From NCBI GenBank assembly GCA_951406725.2, contig OX597814.1:36332001-36396000 (forward strand): a DNA stretch of 64,000 nucleotides. Direction: 5' to 3'. Below, in pieces: positions 51,378 to 64,000 of the stretch. Made by a program: the position numbers and the translations under genes. The number at the start of each line of letters is the position of its first letter. Position 1 is the stretch's first letter. The stretch comes from Octopus vulgaris (taxonomy: Eukaryota). The notes under the pieces are model-generated. The model had not been told where the DNA came from. It searched no databases and was given only the letters and a program-made list of their open reading frames with translations.

Positions 51378-52630
51378 CAGGGTACAATTGGTAAATTATC
51401 GCCATTCTATACTTTTAACTTTGTGCATGCACATTGCTTGCTTTTGATTTTGTCAGCTACACAGTATAGTAGGGCAAAAACAGCACCATGTGAGAAAAAC
51501 AGCACCATGACGCAATTCACTCTGCCAGAAATTTGGAAATGACATGCCGTACTGCTTCGCATATGTGCGAGAAGCTCCATGATGAACATTTCAAAGTGTT
51601 TGGATATCAATCTGAGGATAGTGCACAGGATTCAGAAAGAGTTGGATGAGTCGAATGGTGATTATGAAGTTACAGCAGTTCAGAAAGCTCACTCTGATCA
51701 TTCTAATAAGAAAAGAACTCCTGAATTTGTTGGTGAGATCCAAGCCATGATTGACAATGATCCCGTCAAGTCAATCACGTCCATCGCTAGGGACATGAGA
51801 GTGTCTGAGTTTCTTATCAAGTAGGTAGTGCATGAAAATGTTTGGTATTCCTCATACAAGATGAGAAAAGGTCAATTTTTATCCCAAGCCATCAAGGACA
51901 AGAGGGAAGACTGAGCTATAGAGCTTTTCAACAAACTCAAGCATTCCCTCAAACCGAACATACTTGATTTTTCGTAGATGAGAAAAATTTCTGCTAGAAT
52001 TAGATGGTGAACACACAGAACAAACGTTGGCCTGTCATATCCCCAGAACATATGCTGAGAGGGATAAAAATCAAATATCTGGTCAACATCATGGTGTTTG
52101 GAGTGATCACTAGTGATGGCGACGTTATGCCCCCATTCATTTTCCCATACTCCCTCAGACTCAACACAGAAGCTTACATCAAATGCCTGGAGGAGGTAGT
52201 GTGGCCCTAGGTCAAGAGGGTAGCTGCTGGAAGAGCCTATGTCTGGTAATAGAATTCTGCACCATGCCACACAAGCAGGATAGCCCAGTCATGGCTGTCA
52301 GACAATTTCTGTGACCACACCACCCCTAACATCTGGTCACCTTACTCTTCAGACTACAACTCACATGTTTATTATGTACGGGGCACAATTGAGTGAGAGA
52401 TAACAAAACTCCTTGTAACACCAAAGATAAACTGAAGGCAAAGATTATGGTAGCCTTCACCAACTGAAACAAGGAGACCATCCAGAAATGTTGCAGGCGA
52501 TTCCGAAGTTGTCTGGAGGCCATGGTTGAAACCAATGGCAATTTTATCGAATGAATTTACTCTTTGGTATTTCAAAATATTTTTATGTAATTTTAGGAAA
52601 TATATCTTGTTAAAATGAGATGTTAGTGTT
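51378..52630 (+). mobile_element. Tc1/mariner superfamily transposon, maT (DD37D)-like, decayed; right TIR not seen
   Basis: Starts TA|CAGGGT; RTPEFVGEIQAMIDNDP.KS..SIARDM...MVFGVITSDGDVMPPFIF...YVW**NSAPCHTS...WL.DNF...IWSPYSSD; spacing consistent with D37D although the catalytic residues are mutated. Confidence 0.8.
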
Positions 52631-53007
52631 ATGAACTTTTCAACCTACTCTCATACTTTTACAGTTGACAATTATATTATCCTAGTGATATTTTGCTCCA
52701 TGAAATACTTAGCTCCAATCTCCATCAGAGTATCACTCGGAGAGGAAACTGCTCCAGTAGCCTGACATACATCAGACAACTGTGACCTAATGGCATTTAA
52801 AAACTCAGATATCTAATATGAACCATTGCAATGTTTTTAAGTCATCACAATAAAAAATACCAGCTTCAGTTTCTTAATGGCAAATGTCATTACACACTGG
52901 TAATTGGTTATCAGTCCATCCATGGGAAGTAATATCTCTTCCTTGCTATCATCATCATCATCATTATGACGAATTAATGACACATACCATCATAATGGGG
53001 ATTAATG

Positions 53008-53135
53008 ATCTTCTTCTTCTTCTTCTTCTTCTTCTTCTTCTTCTTCTTCTTCTTCTTCTCCTCATCATCATCATCATCCTCCTCCTCCTCCTCCTCCTTC
53101 TTCTTCTTTTTCTTCATTTTCTCCTTCTTCTTCAT
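53008..53135. repeat. (CTT)n/(CAT)n/(CCT)n compound trinucleotide repeat
   Basis: Directly visible. Confidence 0.95.
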
Positions 53136-54233
53136 TAATTCATGTTTTGCAAAATTAAGGACAGGATCTGTCTTCATCTGAAGCAGTGACAGAAGCAGTA
53201 ATATTCCAGATAAAATACTATTAGGCTATGCATTCACTTATGCTTCCCAACATTCCAGTTTCAAATTCCACCAAGGTCGACTTTCCATTTCATTTATCTG
53301 AGAGTCCAGTATTAGGTGATCATGTGACTCACCAATGCTTTTCATTAATGCTGACATCAAATATTGACTCAAGCCCACAGTCATAGGGTGATTTCTAATG
53401 TAACTGATTGGTATGATTTACTCATTGCACAGTTTAAAACCATCATTTGACCTTTAGGTACTCTTAGACCATTCTATCACAAGCATTTAGGCCAGATCCC
53501 TGTTCTAAGGATAGTCTCTTCTTACATGTTTCAAAGGCACTGTAAAATGTTACTGCTTTTTGCTTCCTGCATCATTACGAAAAATAGTAAATCAAATCCT
53601 TTACATTATACTGTTTTATTAGCCTTATGAATGAAAGGCAAGTTTGAATTTAGAAGAAAGAGAAATATAATTATTCTTTTTAAGAACTCTTCTACCAATT
53701 GTGCAGTCCACTTCCATAATAACTAATGTAACACATTATAATGTTATGTAGTGGATGTGATTATAGAGAGTAAATTGTTACTGAGCTTTGATGTGAACAA
53801 AAGTGTTACATTTTTTTCTATAATGAAAATCACTGAAAGTTTATTCAATAGTATAACAGGTCTACTGAGAAGTTAGTAGTCCATGGCTGGTCATTAGTCT
53901 TTTGTCTTGACCAAAGTCAAAAAATGAAGAAGCAAACCTGCTAAACCTAAACCCAGATTTTCTAGCTTTACGTTGTCTTTAATCCAAGGACAACATTGAT
54001 CCAAAGGATTTATAACAATCATTGTAACAATCTTTTTGCTGTTTTTAGAACAGAGTATCTAAGAAGACATAACCTAATATATTTTCCTCATTTTAATTGA
54101 GTAGGGCATATTTTGAAGTAGATTTGCTTGCTATTTCTAGCAAGGCATATGCACATGTAGAGGCTTCCTCACAGGACTAATTATCACCATATATCACAGA
54201 TGGTATAATACATTGTTCTATGTTGTAGTTGTG

Positions 54234-54555
54234 AAGGTGCATGGCTCAGTGGTTAGAGTGTCAAGCTTACAATCATGAAGTTGTGAGTTCGAATCCCGGA
54301 CTGGGCTGTGTGTTGTGTTCTTGAGCAAGACACTTTATTTTACATTGCTCCAGTTCACTCAGCTGTAGAAATGAGGTGCCAAGCTGTATCGGCCTATGCA
54401 TTTCCCTTGGATAACACTGGTGGCATGGAGAAGGGAGGCCGATATGCATAGGTGACTACTGGTCTTCCATAAACAACCTTGCTCGGACTTGTGCCTGGGA
54501 GGGTAACTTTCTAGGTGCAATCCCATAGTCAGTCATGATCGAAGGGGGTGTCAGC
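54234..54555 (+). mobile_element. SINE with family B head/core and a different 3' tail, 14 bp TSD
   Basis: TGGCTCAGTGG/GTTCGAATCC boxes, TTCTTGAGCAAGACACTT core; TSD ATGTTGTAGTTGTG at 54220-54233 and 54556-54569. Confidence 0.85.
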
Positions 54556-55921
54556 ATGTTGTAGTTGTGTATTATGGTATTTATTTCATATCAGCCACAG
54601 ACCAAATACTCACATACTATCCAGATAAATGTTTAACTTCACAGAAACAGAGATTGTATGCACTCTTATGGATCCCTGGATCTGGAAAGAACTAGTTTTT
54701 AACTATAACTATAGTTTAGAATTTAGTACCTATTTGTCGTTGTTTAGTTCCTTGTCTCTAGTAGAGCAAGCCTATAATCAGAGGCAATTCATCCATGACA
54801 CCTCCATTTATTTTAATCATAGTACATTTAGGTCCACTGTTTCACACATTCTGTTATTAAGAGAGTAATGTGCGACTTTGAATGAGATTTGATTGTTATT
54901 TCTAGCAGTTTAAGCTACCACATAGAATCTCTCTCATTGGCTTTACTAGTATACTACCAAGGGGCAGATAAGCTTTTTTTTACTGAGTGACATACTTGGG
55001 AGTTTCTTTTGATTGATGCCTTTAGGAAGATTTTAACTGATCACAACATCTTAAAACAGGTGTCAATTACACAATACATTCATTGCTTACAGCTGAGAGT
55101 TGTTCCTTCAAACGTTAGTTATTTACAGCTATGTTCATTAGTTAAGTTTCAGGTAAAATATCTTAGTCGTGGGAGCTAATATTAGATATAGAATTCAGGA
55201 CCGAGTCTATCGATGAAATATCAGAAACGGTAAAAGCTATTGATAGTAAGCATATATGCAGACAGTTTGTTTCTTCTTGGCTTTAGTATAAATTATTTTG
55301 TTATAAAGAAAATAAAAATAGAGTGTGGTTAATATTGTGTTGTGTTATTGCCATACTAAGTAAATTGCTAATTCCACTATATGGTTATTCAGTTTCCTAG
55401 TAATAGCAGCCAAATCTCATGGAAGGACAAATTAGACAATGTAGATCTTGAAATACAATAGTTAAAAGGATGGATTAGCACTGCTGAATTGTCTTTGATC
55501 ATCGGTCTACACAATCTAATTTGACCTGGAGCAAAACAACTACAATACCAGCAATCTCCAGACTAACTACTTTGTAGTATTTAACTATGCCCCTTTAGTT
55601 AAGACTCACTGAAGTTGATTTAGCCTTTCATCCTTGGAGACGGGTACAGGCAATACAACAAGTAATGGATCAATTTCATCGAGTAACATCTCCTTATAAT
55701 TTCAAGTCTTGTGTCTGTGTTACAAATCAATAATAGACTCTAACTGAATACACAGAATTATTAGCATAAGAACTGTAGTATGTAGAGACATCAATTTTAA
55801 TGAAATGTGGCTGAAGATGGTGAAAAATAAAATCATTAAAAAATGGAAGGGGAGAGAAAGAATTGAAAAATAGAAAAAAAACGTCAGTGAAGAGAAAAAC
55901 AAAAATAACGAAACTGAAAAG

Positions 55922-55924
<3 letters not shown>

Positions 55925-55999
<75 letters not shown>
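55925..55999. repeat. (GA)n microsatellite in a purine-rich tract
   Basis: Directly visible. Confidence 0.95.
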
Positions 56000-56002
<3 letters not shown>

Positions 56003-56629
56003 AAAGGGAGGCAATAAAAAGAAAAGAAGGAAAAACTGAAGGGAACAAAGAAGGAAAAGTTTTAAAAAGTGAAAGAAGATCATAAAGGAGAAGACAAGGA
56101 GTGAGAAAAAGACAGTGAGGGAGAATAAAGAGAAGAAGAAGCAGGAGGAGGAGGAGGAGGAATAGGAGTAGGAGAAGGAGTTGGGGGAGAGAGAAAAGAA
56201 GTGAAATATAAAAGCAAAAAAAAAAAAAGCAGCAAGTTTTAATAAAGCTATACAAGTGATATAGAAAATAATTTGTCATTGAGACAATAAAAACGTAAAA
56301 GCATAAATATTTATTTATGAGCAATCGGCTCATGAGATAAATAGTCAATTGTTTGCCTTGACAGCATAAGATGTATCTATCAAAAAGTGACAAACCTTAT
56401 TGACTTCAAAGATGAGGTCAGTGAAAGTTGTGATGTTTACTTTCACCCGAAGGTCATTAGTGATGTATGTCAAACAAGTGACTGGGAATTGAACCTACTT
56501 TGCAAATTGAGTTGCTTTCTTTACTTAAAAGAATAATTTTATAACATGGAAAAAAAAAAAGAGCTGCACCCATAATCGTTTCCAGGACCTCTGAGGCTTG
56601 TTTTTACTTGCTGGGTCTACAACACAGGA

Positions 56630-57066
56630 CAGTGCCCATTGCCTGTGCATGCAATGCTTTGCCTATGCAGTGCCCATTGTCTATGCAATGCCTATTACCT
56701 ATGCAGTGCCCATTGTCTATGCAATGCCTAGTACCTATGCAGTGTTTTTGCCTATGCAGTGCCCATTTCTATGCGGTGCCTATTATCTATGCAGTGTCTT
56801 TGTCTATGCAGCACTCATTGCCTATGAAATACCCATTGCCTATGCAGTGCCCATTGTCTGTGCAGTGCCTATTACTTATGCAGTGTCTTTGCCTATGCAG
56901 TGCTCATTGCCTATGCAGTGCCCATTGTCTGTGCAGTGCCTATTACCTATGCAGTGTCTTTGCCTATGCAGTGCTCATTGCCTATGCAGTGCTCATTGTC
57001 TGTGCAGTGCCTATTACCTATGGAGTGTCTTTGCCTATGCAGTGCTCATTGCCTATGCAGTGCCCT
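56630..57066. repeat. 17-18 bp minisatellite with ~71 bp higher-order structure
   Basis: CAGTGCCCATTGTCTGTG / CAGTGCCTATTACCTATG / CAGTGTCTTTGCCTATG / CAGTGCTCATTGCCTATG recurring in order. Confidence 0.92.
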
Positions 57067-57331
57067 TTGAAACTTCTGAACCTCTGAACTTATGGAACTG
57101 TGGAGACCAAACCTGCTGTAAATTGACATCTGCAGTAAATATTCTCAAATGCAGGGAGAATATTCTCAAATGTTTATGTTCAGTTGAGGAAGGGATGAAT
57201 GAGGGTGGGATTGAAAAGGATGGTGTGGGTACAACATGAGTAGTGGGAGGAGGAGAGGCAAATGACATACAGAGAGGCAAATGACAAACACAGACACACA
57301 AACATGTATATATATACATATACATATATAC

Positions 57332-57492
57332 GTCAGGCTTCCTTCAGTTTCCCTCTACCAAATCCACTCACAAGGCTTTGGTCAGCCCGAGGCTATAGTA
57401 GAAGACACTTAGCCAAGGTGCCACGTAGTGGGACTGAACCTGGAACCATGTGGTTGGTAAGCAAGCTACTTACCACACAGCCACTCCTGCGC
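57332..57492 (-). mobile_element. SINE family C head/core
   Basis: Reverse complement of GGCGCAGGAGTGGCTGTGTGGTAAGTAGCTTGCT...GGTTCAGTCCCAC. Confidence 0.85.
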
Positions 57493-59689
57493 CTATGACC
57501 AAGAGATGCTAGTGACTTAAGGAGTTCAGAAAGCAGTAAAAGAAGTAGATGTCTATTGAGTGGGGAAAGGAGATGTGAGTAACTAGAAGCCTTCATTGCT
57601 AACATCCAAGTGAGAGTGTTGAGTGGCAGAGAGAGACATGCATCCACATATGTGCTAATACAACATTTTGGAGGGACGTTTGAGCATAACCTGGATATCA
57701 GAGATGGATTATAAATAAAGACTGGAATATTTGGCTTGGAGAGGAATAGGATGTGTAGTTTAAGCGTATATGAGCAGTGATGTATGGGATCTAAATTAGC
57801 TTTAAATCCATAGATATCAGAAAAGAAGTGAGAGCATTATCAAGCAAGTTTTGTTTTGGAATTTGATGTCTAGAGATCTAGAAAAGATGACAGAATTATC
57901 ACATGATGATAATACTCTGCTGTTAGCTTGAGCTACGTAGTTTCAGGAGCACACTTAAAGACCAGAGAGTGGAATTAAGCCAAGCTACCTTCCAAATTTG
58001 GTCCTCATTTTTTAAGGCAGTAATACGTAATTTGTGGAAGTTTTGGCTGTTATCTCTAGCATAGTGGGTGACACATACTGGCTCTATTGGAGAGGTCCCA
58101 GATATAAGCACATTGCTTCATCAAATGCTACTGTGCAATCCATTTTATCAATGCAACAAATATAAATAAATGTGAGGCAAATGATATTTAGAGATTCGTC
58201 CAGCTGCTCTGCAATATTCATTTTGAACTCAATGTCAGATTATTTTCTGAAAAGATCAAGGTTCATCAAAACAGTTCAGCAGCATTGCACTGTTAAGGCA
58301 TTTAACTCTCACTGACAAAAGAATCACAATGATAATCTCTTATGGATGCAGTTACTTTCATATATCTATTATTCTGAAATTCAAACCGAGTTCCATTCAC
58401 CTTTCATTACCCTACACATTACTAAAAACTGTTTTCTTATTTCTATCTTTCATTATATTACATTTCCACAGATATGGCACATATCCATGAAACTCTGATA
58501 GATGAATCATAATAGTACCACGGAACTTAATTTCCTTCTATTATCTGAGTTGAAACCTTTACTGCTTTCCATTTCTATAAAGTTGATAAAATAAGTACCA
58601 GTAATACGGTAAAATGAAATTATGTTGCTTGTTCCATACCATTATAAAAAAAATGGTCACTTTCTTTTTGCCAAAAGAAACCAATGACTTTTCTCATATT
58701 TCCACAAATCTTTTATTAATTTTCTTTCTTTTTGTTTGTTTTATTTGTATTTATTATTTTTTATATATTATATGATCAATGAAATGTTGTAATAATACAG
58801 ACAAAAACGTATATTTTCAAATTAATATAATTCTTTTGATATCAGGAGAAAAATCATTTATTTTCTATAGTAATGGAAAATTTTATAAAACTCCAAAGAA
58901 AAATGAATCTATAAGAAACTTTTGTTTAATTAATTATGATTTTCTTTCTCTGTGCAAAGAAAATTTGGATAAGGCTCAAGGATGTTAAGAGCTAGTTCTA
59001 TTGTTGAGGCAAAATTTCTTGTAGGAAGAAAAGAAAAAAAAAAAGAACCACATAGTTAGAAGGGTTAATACCTTATAATTAAATTTGCATACATGTAGCT
59101 GAAGTTCAAGAGAACTTTGTTGCCAAAGAAAATGTAAAATATAATAACATTAAACCAACTGCAAGAATAATAAGCAAATAACATTTTCATCACTAGTCTA
59201 GTTGATAAGAATAAATTTTTTATGACCTAGAGCATGTTGCCAATTTTAGATGACCAAGACTAGATATATCTGCTTAAAATGTTCTAACTGCATAATATAT
59301 CATTTATTACTTTTATAAGAGAGAGAGGGGGGAGGGGGAGAGAGAGAGACAGACAGAGGGGAAGAGAGATGGGGAAGAGAGAGAGAGAGATTGTTGTTTA
59401 GCATTTTATTCAAAGCTTCATTATTCACTGTTCAAATCCTGCCACAGACTGTTGGCTTATATCTGCCTTGATGGCAGGAATACCAGCCTTGATTGTAGGT
59501 AATACTAGTAGTAATACTATGAGAGCAATTCAATAAATTTTGTCCAGTTAACTTAAATATTTTATTCCTTATATATCAATATTGTTATTGTGAAATGATC
59601 CCCAAAAATAATTGGTTGTTGTGATGCAATTGAAATAAATTCAAGCACTAATCCCCATATTTGAAATGTTCCTGGATACAAGCCTTAAG

Positions 59690-61240
59690 AATTGCATCTA
59701 TATAAATGGAGAAAATAGCTAGCTGAGATGTATACAGATGAGAGCATTCACTATATATGTGAAGAGCAGAAAGAATGGAAGGTCCAATAGCTGTAGCAAT
59801 CTTTTCTATTAGGGACAGACAGGGTTTCATTTCAGAGACCAAGTTGTTGATAGGGTAAGTCTCATTTATGTGTTATGGGCCTTATGAGAAATGAAGTTGC
59901 TGGATAAAAAAAATGTATGCAAGACGGTGTTTACTACAATGGTACCTTCTTCCTAATGAGGAAAACTACATAAGTTCTTAGCAAAGTGCAAGTCACAAAA
60001 CATATCATTTTTTGATCAAGAATAAGCCTTTGATATGGTAACCCACACTTTGCAATATGGTGGTCCCTAAGAAGAAATAGAAGAAAATGAGTGGATTTTG
60101 GGAGCTATGCAAGTCATGTGCTGAGTTACTATTATCAAAAGGAGGACTAACAATGATTTCAACAAAGAATTTATTGTGTAGTTAAGTGGCCATGAAGGCT
60201 TGGTTTTCATTCCTTGCTTGCATATTTTTGTTCTCCAAGCCATAAGACAGGAGTTTAAATTCAGATGTCCTAAGGAAGAAACTGTATGTTGCTGACCTAG
60301 TTTTCATAGCCTCAATCATTGAAGATGAAGAATTAGAGAAAAAGTTCCAAATGAAGAATTACTGAAGAAATTAAGAGATTATCAAGTAAATCTAGCAACA
60401 AGATTTTTTTTCTAATAGAAAGAAAACGTCCAAGGAAGTGACAATGTATGATATTCAGGGAAGAATTTACATATAGGAATGCCATATATTGTACACAAGT
60501 AGGGCCATCTATTGTAACCAAGTGGGCCTTGAAAGGTGTTGTGAGATCCAAGGAGACTGATAGAGAAGGCCTTCATATGTAGTAGATCTGCAGTACAACC
60601 ATAAAAGCACACAGGATATAAATTCTTTCAAATACCTGGAAGTCTTAGAAATTGCTCATAGCTTCTGTTACATAGAAGACTTAATTAACAGTGGAGGAAG
60701 GTTTTCCTAAAAGAACAGTTGCTAGAGATGATGAAAGTCTGAGGACAAGATGGAAAATGTTTAAGGATTTATTACTTTAGCTGGCAATAAAGGTAATAGA
60801 TTCCTAAACTTTTTCTATCCTGTTCCTACTCTACTTAATTATTCATTTGGAACACACTCTTCCACTGTTAGTTAAATCACCTTGGTAGGCAGACTGCATG
60901 ATGGTTGTATACAAAATGAAAGTTTACATGGTAGTAAAACATAGGTACTGAATGCAGAGAAGGAATAAAGATTAGAAGAGGTAAGGAAGTCATGGGCTGC
61001 TGGATATGCAATGATAGCATACATGACCAGAAGGTCACAAATGAGATGACACAAAAACTGCATATAGAAAAATCAGATATGATGTACAAGGGAGAGAGAG
61101 AGATGGAACCAAATGGGTGTGCAAATGTGATGTATATAAAGGAAGGATGACAACTGGGTGTAATTTGCATAAAAGAAAGACTGAAAGAGCCAAAGGACAA
61201 TCTGCCAATCTCAGGAAAATGAACCTACAATGCAAGTCAA
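59690..61240 (+). pseudogene. Very decayed RTE-clade LINE RT region
   Basis: Remnants LYVADLVF (YADDL-like), LEIAHSFCYIEDLINSGG (F.YLG motif) and GRLHDGCIQ..LHGSKT (LYGSETW-like); boundaries approximate. Confidence 0.6.
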
Positions 61241-61495
61241 CTTTAACTTGATTTTGCATCATCTCATCTTTAATGTAATCTCATCTTCATTTTTTCTCAT
61301 ACAATATCCTCTAATACTGACTAATGATGGCTTTCTTTTTGAAGAAAGTTTGCTTCAGGTGCAATAAAAGAAATGTTATGAGGTTTCGAAAATAATTGTA
61401 TAATTATTTATAGGTTTTTGTTGTTCTTAAACAAAGATATTTCAACTATTACCATCCAGTATTTTTAAAGGTATATAGGACTATATTATCTAATG

Positions 61496-61734
61496 AAGGC
61501 GGCGAGCTGGTAGAAACGTTAGCACGCCAGGCAAAATGCGTAGCCGTATATTTCATCTGTCGTTACGTTCTGAGTTCAAATTCCACCGAGGTCGACTTTG
61601 CCTTTCATCCTTTCGGGGTCGATAAATAAAGTACCAGTTTCGCACTGGGGTCGATGTAATCGACTTAATCCCTCCCTTTGTCTGTCCTTGTTTGTCCCAT
61701 CTATGTTTAGCCCCTTGTGGGCAGTAAAGAAATA
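61496..61734 (+). mobile_element. Young SINE family A with 14 bp TSD
   Basis: TSD TATATTATCTAATG at 61482-61495 and 61735-61748. Confidence 0.9.
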
Positions 61735-63074
61735 TATATTATCTAATGTGGTTTATTATATGTTAGGATAGAAGAATATGATTTTAGCTTTTGGCTGCTG
61801 TTATTTCAAGCAATTCAAGCAACCATATAGATGCTCCTTCATTGAATCATTTTGTATTATTATTTAGTTGTAGATCAATCCTAATCTAGACAACTTATGA
61901 TCAAAGACAATCCAGTCATGGTCAGTCTATCTATGAGACTACATAGCCAAATGTATTATATTCTTTTATTAATATGAGAAAGTGGAGAAAATGGAGGAGA
62001 TTTGGCTTCTATTTTAGCTAATTGAGGAACCATGTAAGGGCTCTTTATGAAGTGTGTATTTCCATACTTGGATCAATGTGTAAGAGAAAATACCTGGCAG
62101 AATTTAGTCTTCTCCATCTATATTCTGAGTTTATATCATTTTGTCTTCAATAAAGGAAGTGCCAAAGATGCACAGGATCGACTCAGGTGACTTTATCTTC
62201 TAATTTATAGTCTTCTCTACTACACTACTATATTCTTTACAATAATATTATTTCCTTCCAAACATTACTTTAACACCAGCACCTTGCAGATTAAAATGTA
62301 TTTCTTTAGTTGTTGGCAGTTTTTTTTTGTTTTTGTTCTTTCAGAATGTTTATGAAGATAGTGCAGGTGAGAGGTGTCAAAAGTCTTAACCAAATATAAA
62401 ACTTGAATAAAGAACCCCAAAAAAAACAACAAAAAAATTAAAAAAAACAGAATGAAAACAAGTCAAGTAAAAGAAAATTAGATGAAACATTTCTTAAAAG
62501 TATCTTCACGATTCTCCTTTAAATAATGTTTTACATAAAAGACTGCAAAAGGTAAAAAGATGAGAAAAATATATAAAGATATTAACAGACAGAAAAAACA
62601 TTACAGTAGCAACAACAACAACAACAACAACAAAAACTCTTAGAAAAATGACATGAATTCAGCAAATCTTCAGAAAAGCTGGGAAGGTAAAAAAAAAAAA
62701 ATACTTTTTACAAGATTTTCAGTGACTTACATAAACTTATGTTTACTTCTTGATAATTTTCTCCAAAAGGAGGTGATACAGGTACTTGCTGCAGATCTTG
62801 CCATATTCATCCATGTATACAGGCACTAAGTGAGATTCTTGCACTTGGAAACACATACTTATACACACAAGCATGCTCACGTATAACGTATATAAACATG
62901 TATGCACTTGGATACAAATGAAATTCAAATAAATATATAAATCCACGAACATATATATATATAGAGATATTTATATATCTGTTTATTTGTTTCAAAACAT
63001 ATGAAGCATTGGACATGCATTCCAAGTACTTTTTTACATTTTCATGCATGCATGCATACATACATAAAACAAAT

Positions 63075-63225
63075 CATACAAATCTGCACATATACATACC
63101 TGCAAAAATACCCTGTTGATGTTGAAATTCCAATGAAGGAGCCTTGGATCAAGTTTAGAGATCAGCTCTTTCTCTATTGGCAAGAAAACTTGAAATAAAA
63201 CGGAATAATGACACATACACATACA

Positions 63226-63259
<34 letters not shown>

Positions 63260-63400
63260 CAAATCTATATGTATACATACATACAAAATACCCCGTTCTG
63301 CTGAAATTCCAATGAAGGAGCCTTGGATCTGGTTTAGAGACAGGCTCTTTTTTCTCCATTGGCAAGAAATCTTGAGATAAACTGAATAATGACAAACATA
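63075..63400 (+). repeat. Tandem pair of ~140 bp repeat units separated by (CATA)n
   Basis: TGAAATTCCAATGAAGGAGCCTTGGATC...ATTGGCAAGAAA..TTGA..TAAA..GAATAATGAC occurs twice. Confidence 0.85.
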
Positions 63401-63659
63401 CATGCATGCACACATACATAAATGCATGCATAGATACACACATATACATACATGCATACATACATACATACATACATACATACATACATACATACATACA
63501 TACATACATACATACATACATACACACATACATACAAGCAAACATGTACAGGGTGGGCTAGAATTCATGACTCAATTGGTTATATTTCTTGATATGCTTA
63601 TTTCATTGTTGTATTTTTTTTTATTTCTTAACAGTCTTATTTCATTATTATTGTATTGT

Positions 63660-64000
63660 TTCATCATCATCTCCCAGTGTTTTAAATCTGGGTTTTGTCC
63701 CTGTTAACATGGGTGGCCAGATCTACCTCAATGCCATAGCAACCACCCTCATTCTGTCTCACCATTGTGCTTGGTTTTGGCCATCCTCCTTTTTCAAACC
63801 AACCCTGCCAATCTCCTACTCCACATGTTCCTTCCCCCTTTTTCTCTGTCTACCTTGCTTTGGCACTCATTTACCTCAAACACAATCACCCTCCTCAAAA
63901 CATGCTCTTTGTCCCTCTTCAACACATCCCCATACCACCTCATTCCATTTGCCCTTGCAAACCATTCCACCAATTCCACTAACCCCAGCATTCCCATCAA
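63660..64000 (-). pseudogene. RTE-clade LINE 3' end running off the window
   Basis: ARANGMRWYGDVLKRDKEHVLRRVIVFEV; short (CAT)n tail at 63661. Confidence 0.7.

Noticed and set aside
56598-57239. 213 aa and 159 aa Cys/Ala-rich ORFs
   Set aside because: Minisatellite translation with shifting register; no ATG start or splice support.

Overview
AT-rich eukaryotic DNA that is intergenic or from a very large intron. No intact host protein-coding gene is supportable; almost all long ORFs are microsatellite artefacts or decayed transposon frames. The repeat landscape suggests an octopod cephalopod (inference, not proven): huge TA/CA/TACA microsatellites, several tRNA-derived SINE families, RTE and CR1 LINE fragments, mariner and maT DNA transposons, and Penelope-like remnants. 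The most interesting signal is a ~700 bp near-perfect palindrome at 14015-14711 inside a TA microsatellite. Each arm carries a type I hammerhead ribozyme fold with a palindromic helix III, one per strand. A minimal Penelope-type hammerhead lies at 47656-47690 (-), with decayed relatives nearby. Also present: two more hairpin elements, three locally templated copy/insertion events, a SINE dimer inside one TSD, SINE body/tail shuffling, and an orphan TSD-flanked retro-insert with a (CAA)n tail. All coordinates and identities were read by eye.
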